Assembly (NCBI GenBank): GCA_964388035.1
Contig: CAYLZE010000016.1
Coordinates: 1-62,148 of the forward strand
Direction of reading: 5' to 3'
DNA: 62,148 nucleotides
DNA from: an uncultured archaeon
GTDB lineage: Archaea > Asgardarchaeota > Lokiarchaeia > Sigyniarchaeales > SOKP01
Shown here: positions 10,589-19,263 of the stretch, in pieces
Position numbering within the stretch: the first letter of the stretch is position 1
Layout: every line of letters begins with the position of its first letter
Notes under the pieces: model-generated
What the model was told of the DNA's origin: nothing
Seen by the model: only the letters and a program-made list of their open reading frames with translations
Databases searched by the model: none
Made by a program: the position numbers and the translations under genes

Positions 10589-10772
10589 TGCTTGATCCAG
10601 CACAAATCATTATTTTTCTTTTTTTTTACGCTTTCAAGACCTCTTTTATGGTCAACATCAAATGCATAATCTTATAAGAACTGGACTATGAAACAATTAT
10701 AAATACCTTTTTATTTTTAATTTATAGAGAAATATATTTATTAAATATAAATAATCAAAAAGAGAATGAAAA

Positions 10773-11495
10773 ATGGGAAAAAATAAAGATTTTTATCCCG
10801 ATCCTAATCAAAACCCCTATAGAGTAAGGGGGGGTGCCCCTACGCCACCCGTTTCAAGAGCCTCCTCTCCACCGAGTTCTGCCCCAGTTTCAAATGCAGT
10901 TCTCGATTTTGAAAATCAACGAATCTGTCCCGGATGCGGCAAGATCATCAAGATTTCTTACAAATTTTGCAAATTTTGTGGCTTAAATTTAACTTCTATA
11001 GAAACTTTGAAAGATTCTGATGACATTTCAAGACAATTAGCCATTACCGCGATTACAGATCGAGATTCAACCGTCAGAAAAGAAGCTGTCGAGACCTTAG
11101 GTAATTTTAAAGAAATTTCTGTTTTAGGTGTTTTAACTTATGTTCTTCTGAATGATCCCGATGAGAGTGTTAGAAAAGAGGCAGCGGATGAACTCGGAGA
11201 CATGGCGAATCCCATATCGCTGGATGCCATGACAAAAGCTTTAAAGGATGAATCTCCCCTCGTCAGAAAAGAGGCAATTGAGGGTTTGAAAAAAATAAGA
11301 AGTAAAATGAAATCTGGGGATCATCCTGAAGAGAAACAAGAAAAATCTGAGGATGCTCAAATGGGTCAAAAATCAAAAGAAGATGATACACAAAAGAATG
11401 AATTAATGCTTGAATCGGAAGATGAGGAAGAAAAGAAAGACGAGCCGGATAAATTTACCCAAAATGATGTGGACAAAATACTTGATGATATTTAA
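10773..11495 (+). CDS. Zinc-ribbon + HEAT/PBS-lyase repeat protein with Pro-rich N-terminus and acidic tail
   Basis: CPGCG...CKFCG and three D-x-x-x-VRKEA repeats. Confidence 0.85.
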   Translation: MGKNKDFYPDPNQNPYRVRGGAPTPPVSRASSPPSSAPVSNAVLDFENQRICPGCGKIIKISYKFCKFCGLNLTSIETLKDSDDISRQLAITAITDRDSTVRKEAVETLGNFKEISVLGVLTYVLLNDPDESVRKEAADELGDMANPISLDAMTKALKDESPLVRKEAIEGLKKIRSKMKSGDHPEEKQEKSEDAQMGQKSKEDDTQKNELMLESEDEEEKKDEPDKFTQNDVDKILDDI

Positions 11496-11610
11496 ATCAA
11501 TTAAATTCTTTTCTTTAATATTTAAAAGCAATACACAAAGTGAAATAATTATAGAATTAACTCCTTTTATTTAAAGAACAAGGTTTACTCAACAGGATTT
11601 GAATATAGTT

Positions 11611-12801
11611 TCACTCTTTTGGAATTTCGGGTAACTTTCTTCTAATTGAGGTAGGATTGGATTCAGGAGTACTTTCTCGCTTGTAAGATTCAATAATATC
11701 GATTATTTCTGCTTTGCGTGCCTTTTCTGGAAGTTCAATCTTGTTTTCTTCTGCATATTGCTTTAACTCTTTAACGGTCCAAGAGTTAAAACTAGTATCA
11801 TGCTCTCCAGTTCTTTCTTTATTTTCCTCTTTATTATTTTCCATGGCACTATCTTGGATACTTTCATTGCTTCCTTTTCCCTCTTGTATATTAGTTAATA
11901 TTTCTAAAGCTTCGACAATTCCCTTGTCTTCGTTAAAATATGCTCTCAGCACGTGATCCTCTAATTGGATCATGCCTTTAGGAACCTTTTTTACGGGTTC
12001 CCATTCAGTCTCCTCGACAATTTTTCCAAATACTTCTGTTTTTTTAGTCACCGCACCATAAAGGAGATTACCTATGATTAAATTCTGTCTCTTACAATTT
12101 GTTGGAATATTAGTTTTAAGAATTTTTTCCATGATCTTCTTTTTTTCTTCTTCTGATATTTCGGAGGATGATTTATGGCTGCCTCCTGAAGGATAGGGAA
12201 TGTAGGAGGGTCTTGAATAAGGACTGGGTTGCCTTTCGATTGATGGTTCTTTAGTCTTCTTAGTAGAGGGGATTGAGGGGGATGACGCTGAACCAAACGA
12301 GTTCAAATCAACTTTTGCTCCCGATTTCTTCTCCAATTCTTGTAAGGCAGGAGAAAAATATGGTTCTTGACCAGAAGAATTGTTAGCGTTAGAAGATTCA
12401 ATGACTTTTCCCAATGAATCTCCACCTTTTTTTTCTATATTCCTAACATACCTCATGTCTTCCAATTTCTCTTCTACCTCCATGGATTGTAACCCAAATG
12501 CTCTAAGGAACTCTTCCATTTCATCTCCTTGATCAATCGATACTATTTTACAACGATGAAAAGCAGCTTGTTTTACTAATTCTTCCTGTAATGCACTTGC
12601 TACTCGCGAACTTATGAATCTTTTTCGAACGGGTGATTTGGCACCCTTCCAAATATAAATTCTGCGCAGATCTTCCTTAATAATTACAAATACCTGTTCG
12701 GGATGAAGAATCGTACTTAATTCCTCTTCCGTAACTTCTAATACTTGACGTTCTCCAGTATCAGAGAGTGCAAATACCATAAAATCTTGATATGCAGTCA
12801 T
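11611..12801 (-). CDS. Asgard gelsolin-domain protein with C-terminal HeH/SAP-like domain
   Basis: ILHPEQVFVI...RRIYIWKGAKSPVRKRF...IDQGDEMEEFLRAF is the gelsolin repeat signature. WTVKELKQYAEENKIELPEKARKAEIIDII is HeH/Rho-N-like. Confidence 0.8.
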   Translation of the reverse strand: MTAYQDFMVFALSDTGERQVLEVTEEELSTILHPEQVFVIIKEDLRRIYIWKGAKSPVRKRFISSRVASALQEELVKQAAFHRCKIVSIDQGDEMEEFLRAFGLQSMEVEEKLEDMRYVRNIEKKGGDSLGKVIESSNANNSSGQEPYFSPALQELEKKSGAKVDLNSFGSASSPSIPSTKKTKEPSIERQPSPYSRPSYIPYPSGGSHKSSSEISEEEKKKIMEKILKTNIPTNCKRQNLIIGNLLYGAVTKKTEVFGKIVEETEWEPVKKVPKGMIQLEDHVLRAYFNEDKGIVEALEILTNIQEGKGSNESIQDSAMENNKEENKERTGEHDTSFNSWTVKELKQYAEENKIELPEKARKAEIIDIIESYKRESTPESNPTSIRRKLPEIPKE

Positions 12802-13017
12802 TTTTAGTACATTTAATAATGAAATTTACTATATTAATAAATTATCATAATAAAAGATTTTTTAAAACGGAAAAAATCTTATTCAATTCTTGTAATTTAA
12901 TTATGATATTTTAGAAATTTATATTTAACTATCTAGATAACTTTCAAAAATCATCATGAGAACAAATCAGGTCCCTAAATTGTTTCAATAAAATGCGTTA
13001 TGAGAAAATGCGAAATG

Positions 13018-13698
13018 TTATTTCGCATCATGTAATGCATTATCTATAGAAAGTGTAAAACCTAAGAGAGCTCTTCTATCTGTTTCATTATCAAAAATTC
13101 TCAACGCATAAGTGCCGTTGAAGTCGAGTAATTCTCCAAGAAATGCGTCTCTCCAGCGATTTGTTTTTTTTATTTCAGCCACAATTTTCCCCGTCGATAA
13201 ATCCTTAATTTTAAAGGAAAACCCTATTAAAATTCCCTCCGTTTTAAACCACTTTCTCCCTTGAGGATCTTCCAAATAAAATTTGGGGGGAATAGCAGTA
13301 AATTTCCTTTTAATTATCCCAATCAAATTATCTTGGCCATCCCTGAGATCTGGTGCGCTCCGTGAGAAAATTAAATTAGCATTGATTGACGCAGAAATGG
13401 TACCATCTAATTCCAATAAATCTATTTTCTTTTTAGTACTTAAAAATTTCCGTTTAATTCTTCCTATCAATTGGCCTTTCTCATCTACAATATCTCCTGA
13501 GCCCAAATTCCAGAGATTTTCACTCAAAACGTAAAAGTTTCTTCTTATATCAAAGAGACTACTTTTTGCTACACTAACTAATGGTTTTTCAAGACTTTGA
13601 TTCTTAATTTGTCCTACCATTGCTAATTCGGCTCCACAGTGCTCGCAAAATTTTTGATTAAGTTTATTAATTATTGCTCCACAAGAAGGACAATACAT
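13018..13698 (-). CDS. Zinc-ribbon + LURP-one/scramblase (Tubby C-terminal-like) protein
   Basis: Likely start ATG 13698 (MYCPSCG...FCEHCG). The rest is a beta-rich domain with repeated D-x-x-G-x-x-IG-x-IKRK motifs, ending in a hydrophobic helix (LLGFTLSIDN). Confidence 0.8.
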   Translation of the reverse strand: MYCPSCGAIINKLNQKFCEHCGAELAMVGQIKNQSLEKPLVSVAKSSLFDIRRNFYVLSENLWNLGSGDIVDEKGQLIGRIKRKFLSTKKKIDLLELDGTISASINANLIFSRSAPDLRDGQDNLIGIIKRKFTAIPPKFYLEDPQGRKWFKTEGILIGFSFKIKDLSTGKIVAEIKKTNRWRDAFLGELLDFNGTYALRIFDNETDRRALLGFTLSIDNALHDAK

Positions 13699-13909
13699 GT
13701 TATTAATCACATCTCTTTTAGAGATATATATTGATTCAATCTTAAAATTCTTTCCTTTAAAAAATGTAAGTATTAATGATAAATTCTCTTGCAACATTAA
13801 GTTCTTATAAGAAAATAAAAAATTTATTGTTTCAAAAGAAAAAGAGTTACAATTCCTCTGATATTTTCAAAGGAACTTTTTCATATTAAAAATAAGAAAA
13901 AGAAAAAAG

Positions 13910-14470
13910 TTATTTTTTGTCGTGTAGCACATTATCTATCGATAATACAAATCCTACAAGGACTCTTCGGTCTGTTACATTATCCAGAATTCTCAACGCA
14001 TAAGTATCCTTGAAGTCCATCAACCCTCCAAGAAACACGTCTCTCCAGCGATCTGCCTTCTCTATTTCAGCCACAATTTTCCCTGTCGATAAATCCTTAA
14101 CTTTAAAGGAAAAACCCATGAAATTGCCCTGCGCCTCATACCATTGATTGCCATTAGGATCCTCTAAATAAAACTTGGGACGAATAGCAACAATTTTCCT
14201 CTTAATTCTCGCAATTAAATTATCTTGTGGGTCCTTGAGATCTTGAGAACTCCGAGCCGAAACTAGCTTTGCGTGAATATATGCTGAGACTGTGCCATCC
14301 AACTCTTGGAGCTCTACTCTTTTTCTTATGCTAAAAAGTTTTCGCTTCATCTTGCCAATTACTTGGTTCTTCTCATCCAAAATGTCACCAGAACCCCAAT
14401 CCCAGTACTTTTCCTTCAAGATGTAATAATTCCGATTAACATCAAAAAGGCCATCTTTTTTTGCATTCAT
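13910..14470 (-). CDS. LURP-one/scramblase family protein (tandem paralogue)
   Basis: YILKEKYWDWGSGDILDEKNQVIGKMKRK ... DTYALRI ... VLVGFVLSIDN. Confidence 0.82.
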   Translation of the reverse strand: MNAKKDGLFDVNRNYYILKEKYWDWGSGDILDEKNQVIGKMKRKLFSIRKRVELQELDGTVSAYIHAKLVSARSSQDLKDPQDNLIARIKRKIVAIRPKFYLEDPNGNQWYEAQGNFMGFSFKVKDLSTGKIVAEIEKADRWRDVFLGGLMDFKDTYALRILDNVTDRRVLVGFVLSIDNVLHDKK

Positions 14471-14671
14471 TTTAATTTACTTTCTTTTCTTTTATAATTT
14501 TAAAATGGTAAAGAAAGTTTACTCTTAAATTATTTTCCATTTTTTGTGTTATTCGACTGAACATCTCACGAGTGCATTATGAAGAAACTCAAGAGAAAAT
14601 AAAAAATTAATTATTTGAAGAGAGATACTATTAATTATATTTTAATGTTTAAAATTATTTTTTTCTGAATC

Positions 14672-15454
14672 ATGTCTAGTTTTCCGAAATTGCTAAAACT
14701 CAAAGATTATGTCACGCTCACGGGCACCACACTTGGTATAATTGCGTTAATTATAGGAACTCTTGGAGGAAGAGACCATATCTCTTTAGCCTTTTTCTTA
14801 TTGATTATCACTCAAGGAACGGATCTTCTTGATGGCTGGATTGCACGTAAAATGAATGAAGTGAATGAAATAGGAATTCAGTTAGATTCCTTAAACGATT
14901 CTCTTACATTTGGGATTGCTCCGGGAATCTTAATTTTCCTGGCTTTTAAACGAGGTCAATTTTTTGATATTATTCTCATTATTGGATGTATTATATTTAT
15001 CTTGGGGGCAATTCTTAGATTAGCAAGATTTAATGTCTATAAAAGCAAGGGAGAAGAAGGTTATACAGGAGTACCTACTCCCGTGACAATGCTAATGGTA
15101 ACTTGCTTTTTTTACGGAAACTATTTTTATAGCAGCGCGATAGAAATCGCTGTTTCAAGTACAAGTTGGCAACCCTTTCCCTTGGCAAGTTATTACATTT
15201 TACCATTTTTTCTCATACTACTAGGATGGTTTAATATAACTACATATATAAGATTTGGAGCAAAAGGAAAGGGAATATACTTGACTTTCATTTTAGGTGC
15301 CCCCTTAGCTCCTATAATAGGCATAATAGGATTGCTTCAACCCGGATTCATTCTTTCTCTTATTGTGTCGATATTCTTTTTTTGTTCCTTGGTTTTTCAA
15401 ATAATTCTCATCATTGTGGGATTTTTTAGAAAAGAAAAGAAGGAAGAAAATTGA
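14672..15454 (+). CDS. CDP-alcohol phosphatidyltransferase (PssA/archaetidylserine synthase-like)
   Basis: DLLDGWIARKMNEVNEIGIQLDSLND catalytic motif, TFGIAP, LRLARFN, YTGVPTP. Confidence 0.88.
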   Translation: MSSFPKLLKLKDYVTLTGTTLGIIALIIGTLGGRDHISLAFFLLIITQGTDLLDGWIARKMNEVNEIGIQLDSLNDSLTFGIAPGILIFLAFKRGQFFDIILIIGCIIFILGAILRLARFNVYKSKGEEGYTGVPTPVTMLMVTCFFYGNYFYSSAIEIAVSSTSWQPFPLASYYILPFFLILLGWFNITTYIRFGAKGKGIYLTFILGAPLAPIIGIIGLLQPGFILSLIVSIFFFCSLVFQIILIIVGFFRKEKKEEN

Positions 15455-15612
15455 AATTTTACTCTTTATATGGTCGATTTTCTCCTTTTAAGCTGTAATA
15501 AAGAGGAGTCATGATGTCTGATTAGACTTACATGGAAAATTATTCTTTTTTTCTATTAAGGAGATTCTGAATTTGAGATACTTTACTCCTTCCCGTCCTT
15601 TTTAAATGTTCG

Positions 15613-17184
15613 CTAATCTTTCAGTTTTTGTTTCCATTCTTCAAAGTTTTTAAGGATTAATTTTTGATCGGCTTCAGTTAAAAGTTTACCTGAATTTTTG
15701 AACTGATTAATAATTTTGCCAACTGCGTGTAATGTAGTAGAGAATCCCTTGGTTTCCAGGATTTTATCTGCTATTTTCTGAAGATCCTGACTAAATTCTT
15801 TTCCCTTAAGTGAAAGAAGATTCTGCCCTAACAATTTAAAAGCTTCTTCAATTGTAAGGGCCTTATAATCGCGCTCTAATACAGGGGTCTGTTTTTTTTG
15901 TACACTTCCATCTTTTATAGTTTCTGAACTTTTCTGTGTATCTATTGTTTCTGAAACGTGTCTCTCTTGAGATTCTTCATGTATTGCTTCACTATGCTCT
16001 TTAACTTGAGAAGGCACAGTTTTGGGAATCTTTTGTTGTATTTGCACTGGCTCTAGTTTTTTTACCGTAGGTATTGGTTGAGAAAATTTAATTGATGATT
16101 CTTGGCCTGCTTTTGAATCAGCAAGGGAAGGTTTCACTTCAAAATCAATCATTTTAGAAATTTCTGTTTTTATTTCAGACATCTCTTTTCCGATTGAAAT
16201 CCTATTTAAAAAGTCTTCCAATGTTTTCTCAACAGGTTCAGTTAAGCTTATAATATCTTTTACTGATTTTTTAATTGTTGATTCTATGGATTCCTTTAAT
16301 TCTTGTTCAAACTTTTTTGTTTTTTTAATTGTCGAATCGTCATATCTTTTAAGCAAATTGCTAACTGTGTTTAACTTCAGTTCAAATTCATTCATTAAAT
16401 TCAAAATTAACAATTTTAAATCGGTTCTATATTGAATATTTTGATTAACCAATTCATTTAAAGCTATTTTATTGAATTCTTCTTCTATTATATTGGTTAA
16501 TTCCTGTGTTTTTTTTATTATATGTTCTTTCGCTTGATTTTCAGAAATATTTTTTAGTTGTTTTAAAAGATTTTCACTATCCTTTTTTGGGTCTACATTT
16601 TCTAAAAGTTTCTTAACTTTTGGTTCCAAAACATCAAAAGGAATTAGGATATGACCAAAATTAGTTAGAATTCTTTTTTTAAGACTATTTAGCGAGATTT
16701 CATAATTTTGTTTGAGTTTTTTATTAACTTCCTCCATCCGTTCTATAGTGTCATCCACATCTTGTTTTTGTACCAGGCTTAATTCTGCAAAATCATCGGA
16801 TATTTTTGAATAGGGGCTATGAAGGGCTTCAATTTCTTGAGTTCCATATTTCTGCACATTCTTTTTGAGCGTTTTCGATAAATATTCAATGATTTGAGAG
16901 TTAATAGAGGATTCATTGGAGCTAACATTATTAAAATATTTATTTATTAGTTTAACGGGTGCTATAGGTCTATATTCTCTTGAATTCTCCGTATCAGACG
17001 TTGATGTTGGAATTAACAGTTCATTTTTAACCAATTCCTCAATAATTATAGTTAAATCTTCTTCATTAAGATTAAAAAACTGGTTTTGTATTTCTCGATA
17101 TGATATTAAAGGATAATTAACAATTTGCGTATAAATTTTTATGCCAACTTCAGAAATGTGAAATTTCTTTAGAAATTCTTCCAT
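15613..17184 (-). CDS. TrmB-like winged-helix N-terminus + long coiled-coil protein
   Basis: N-terminal wHTH-like segment (KIYTQIV...EELVKNELL...EYRPIAP), helical heptad-rich body, low-complexity linker and small helical C-terminal domain. Confidence 0.6.
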   Translation of the reverse strand: MEEFLKKFHISEVGIKIYTQIVNYPLISYREIQNQFFNLNEEDLTIIIEELVKNELLIPTSTSDTENSREYRPIAPVKLINKYFNNVSSNESSINSQIIEYLSKTLKKNVQKYGTQEIEALHSPYSKISDDFAELSLVQKQDVDDTIERMEEVNKKLKQNYEISLNSLKKRILTNFGHILIPFDVLEPKVKKLLENVDPKKDSENLLKQLKNISENQAKEHIIKKTQELTNIIEEEFNKIALNELVNQNIQYRTDLKLLILNLMNEFELKLNTVSNLLKRYDDSTIKKTKKFEQELKESIESTIKKSVKDIISLTEPVEKTLEDFLNRISIGKEMSEIKTEISKMIDFEVKPSLADSKAGQESSIKFSQPIPTVKKLEPVQIQQKIPKTVPSQVKEHSEAIHEESQERHVSETIDTQKSSETIKDGSVQKKQTPVLERDYKALTIEEAFKLLGQNLLSLKGKEFSQDLQKIADKILETKGFSTTLHAVGKIINQFKNSGKLLTEADQKLILKNFEEWKQKLKD

Positions 17185-17303
17185 TTGTTTGACTCATTTA
17201 TTGAACTTCAATTAAATACATATATACCAAGATACTAAAAAAAATTTTTCCTTACCTTTTTCAATAATTATTTCTATATGAAGTTCTTTCTATTAAATAT
17301 ATA

Positions 17304-18683
17304 TTGAATGGGTTGACTTACGTGTCTAATAATATAGAGGATGTCATTTTCTATTTAGATCTAACAAAAGAAGTAATCCCTAAAAAGTATATCAAGAAAG
17401 CTATTGAGTTTTACATACAAGAGAAAAATAAAAGTAAAAATCAAGGAAATTATGGCTTGTTATTATTTCAAAAAGAAGGAAATCCCATTTTCATTACAAA
17501 TAAAAGAGATACCGAAGTTATTCTTAATGCTATAGATGAAAATTGGAAAACAAGACCAGAAAAACAGAGCTTTTTTGAAAATGGATTATTTTATATTTTC
17601 TCTTATATTGCCGAGACGGTTAGAGAGAAATCTAAATTTAACAGAGTAATCATTATAACGGATACTCCGAGTGATTTAAATGAAGAATATGGAGAAGCTC
17701 TCTTTAATTTAGTCTCGAAAATATGCATGTTTCCAACATTTGTTGATATCATTCGGATTTCAGAAAAAGGACAGAGATTTTTTAAAGACGACGTAAAATT
17801 AAACATGCTTGCCAGTGATACAAAAGGTAGCATTTTTTATTTAAATGATAAGAATGAATTCCTTACTGTAATCAAAAAACTGGTCAAGGATAAAAAACTT
17901 GTTTCCACCTTTTCCGATAGACCCGATAAAATCGAAATTAAAAAAGAAGATTATGCTTTTTATAGCAAATTAGCTAAATCTTTAAAAATTACGGAACCAA
18001 TGGAGGAAGTAGAATGCATGTTTTGTCATAAAGCTCTATGCCCTACCTGCCAAAAAATTGATGATGTACCCTTAAAATGTCCGGATTGTAATACCGCATT
18101 TCATAATTGTTGTATCATTAACTATACTCTCACTCACAACATTGGTATTCCAAACATTTTCCGTTGCCCAAGCCCCACTTGTGATGTGCTTTTACAGGTA
18201 AAGGCAGAAAAATTCATTGAACTTTCGGGAGAAGTAGCCCAAGATACCTCTATTGATGAATACCTTAGCGAAGAGTCTGTAATGCCTATTCAATGGGAGA
18301 CACCTTCGAATAATCAATCTTCATTAAAGGAACGGGTAGCATTAAATAGTGAAAATCTCTCTGAAGGTAATAAAAATCATGAGAAAATGAAGATGGAAAC
18401 GAGTGAGACTAAAGAGGCAATAAAGCAAGTAAGGATTGGCGGTTTCTTTGGTCCTGTATATAAAGTGAAAAGAGTTGGAGATCGTATTTTTTATGAAAAA
18501 TCTGAAAAAGCCCAGGCGGATGAATCAAGCCTTGTAAATATAGAGCAAGATCGAACTAAATTTTGGAGTCCTTCAGGGGAAAAACATCCTCGAGTGATGA
18601 TATGCCCAACCTGTGGAAGTCAAATCCGATTGAATGATTTTCAGAAATATTGTCCAACATGTGGTAGTGAAATTCGATATTGA
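17304..18683 (+). CDS. vWA-like domain + RING/PHD-type zinc finger + C-terminal zinc ribbon protein
   Basis: Alpha/beta core (DVIFYLD, YGLLLF, RVIIITD, VDIIRI), CMFC-CPTC-CPDC...FHNCC...CPSPTC, and terminal CPTCG...CPTCG. The true start may be GTG 17322. Confidence 0.75.
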   Translation: MNGLTYVSNNIEDVIFYLDLTKEVIPKKYIKKAIEFYIQEKNKSKNQGNYGLLLFQKEGNPIFITNKRDTEVILNAIDENWKTRPEKQSFFENGLFYIFSYIAETVREKSKFNRVIIITDTPSDLNEEYGEALFNLVSKICMFPTFVDIIRISEKGQRFFKDDVKLNMLASDTKGSIFYLNDKNEFLTVIKKLVKDKKLVSTFSDRPDKIEIKKEDYAFYSKLAKSLKITEPMEEVECMFCHKALCPTCQKIDDVPLKCPDCNTAFHNCCIINYTLTHNIGIPNIFRCPSPTCDVLLQVKAEKFIELSGEVAQDTSIDEYLSEESVMPIQWETPSNNQSSLKERVALNSENLSEGNKNHEKMKMETSETKEAIKQVRIGGFFGPVYKVKRVGDRIFYEKSEKAQADESSLVNIEQDRTKFWSPSGEKHPRVMICPTCGSQIRLNDFQKYCPTCGSEIRY

Positions 18684-19263
18684 ATAAAAATGATGGTTCA
18701 TATGGTCTTTTACTTGGTATAATGACAAATTTCTGAGAGTGTTACCCTTTTAAAATAGTAATTTATTGTTTTTATAAATCTATCTTTTTATTTTAAAAAT
18801 TATTTCAGCTCTTTTCAATAATATCATGTATATCGATTCTTTTTCATTATATAAATATAACAAATTAATGCAATGAGAATCCAAAAATACAAGTATCGAA
18901 AACATGAGAAAATAACCCAAAAGATGATTAATATTAAGAAATGCCGTTTACCAAAGATAATTCCGTTGCTTTTCCACATGTACTGTAAGCTTAAATCCTT
19001 AATATCGAGGAAAATAACTATGAAAGGAACTAATAGAATAAGTTAATATTTAAAACTTCCTCGTGGAAAAAATATGTGCATGAAAACGACTAAGTAAAAT
19101 TTAATTCTCAAGAGGGTGATTTTTAATAAAAGAGTTTATTTGATGATTTTTGTAATGTTCAAGTGATTTTAGTCAGTTTTTTTGATATAAATAAAATTAT
19201 ATAACACATCTAACTTTTTGTATTTATATTTTTAAATAAAATTTAATATTTAGAGCCTTCAAC

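Noticed and set aside
10489-10677. 62-aa ORF as a real gene
   Set aside because: Its only recognisable part (IINKRSGGM) is the duplicated fbaB 29-mer.
18684-19263. Long intergenic gap as ncRNA or mobile element
   Set aside because: No terminal repeats, convincing helices or recognisable ORF seen.
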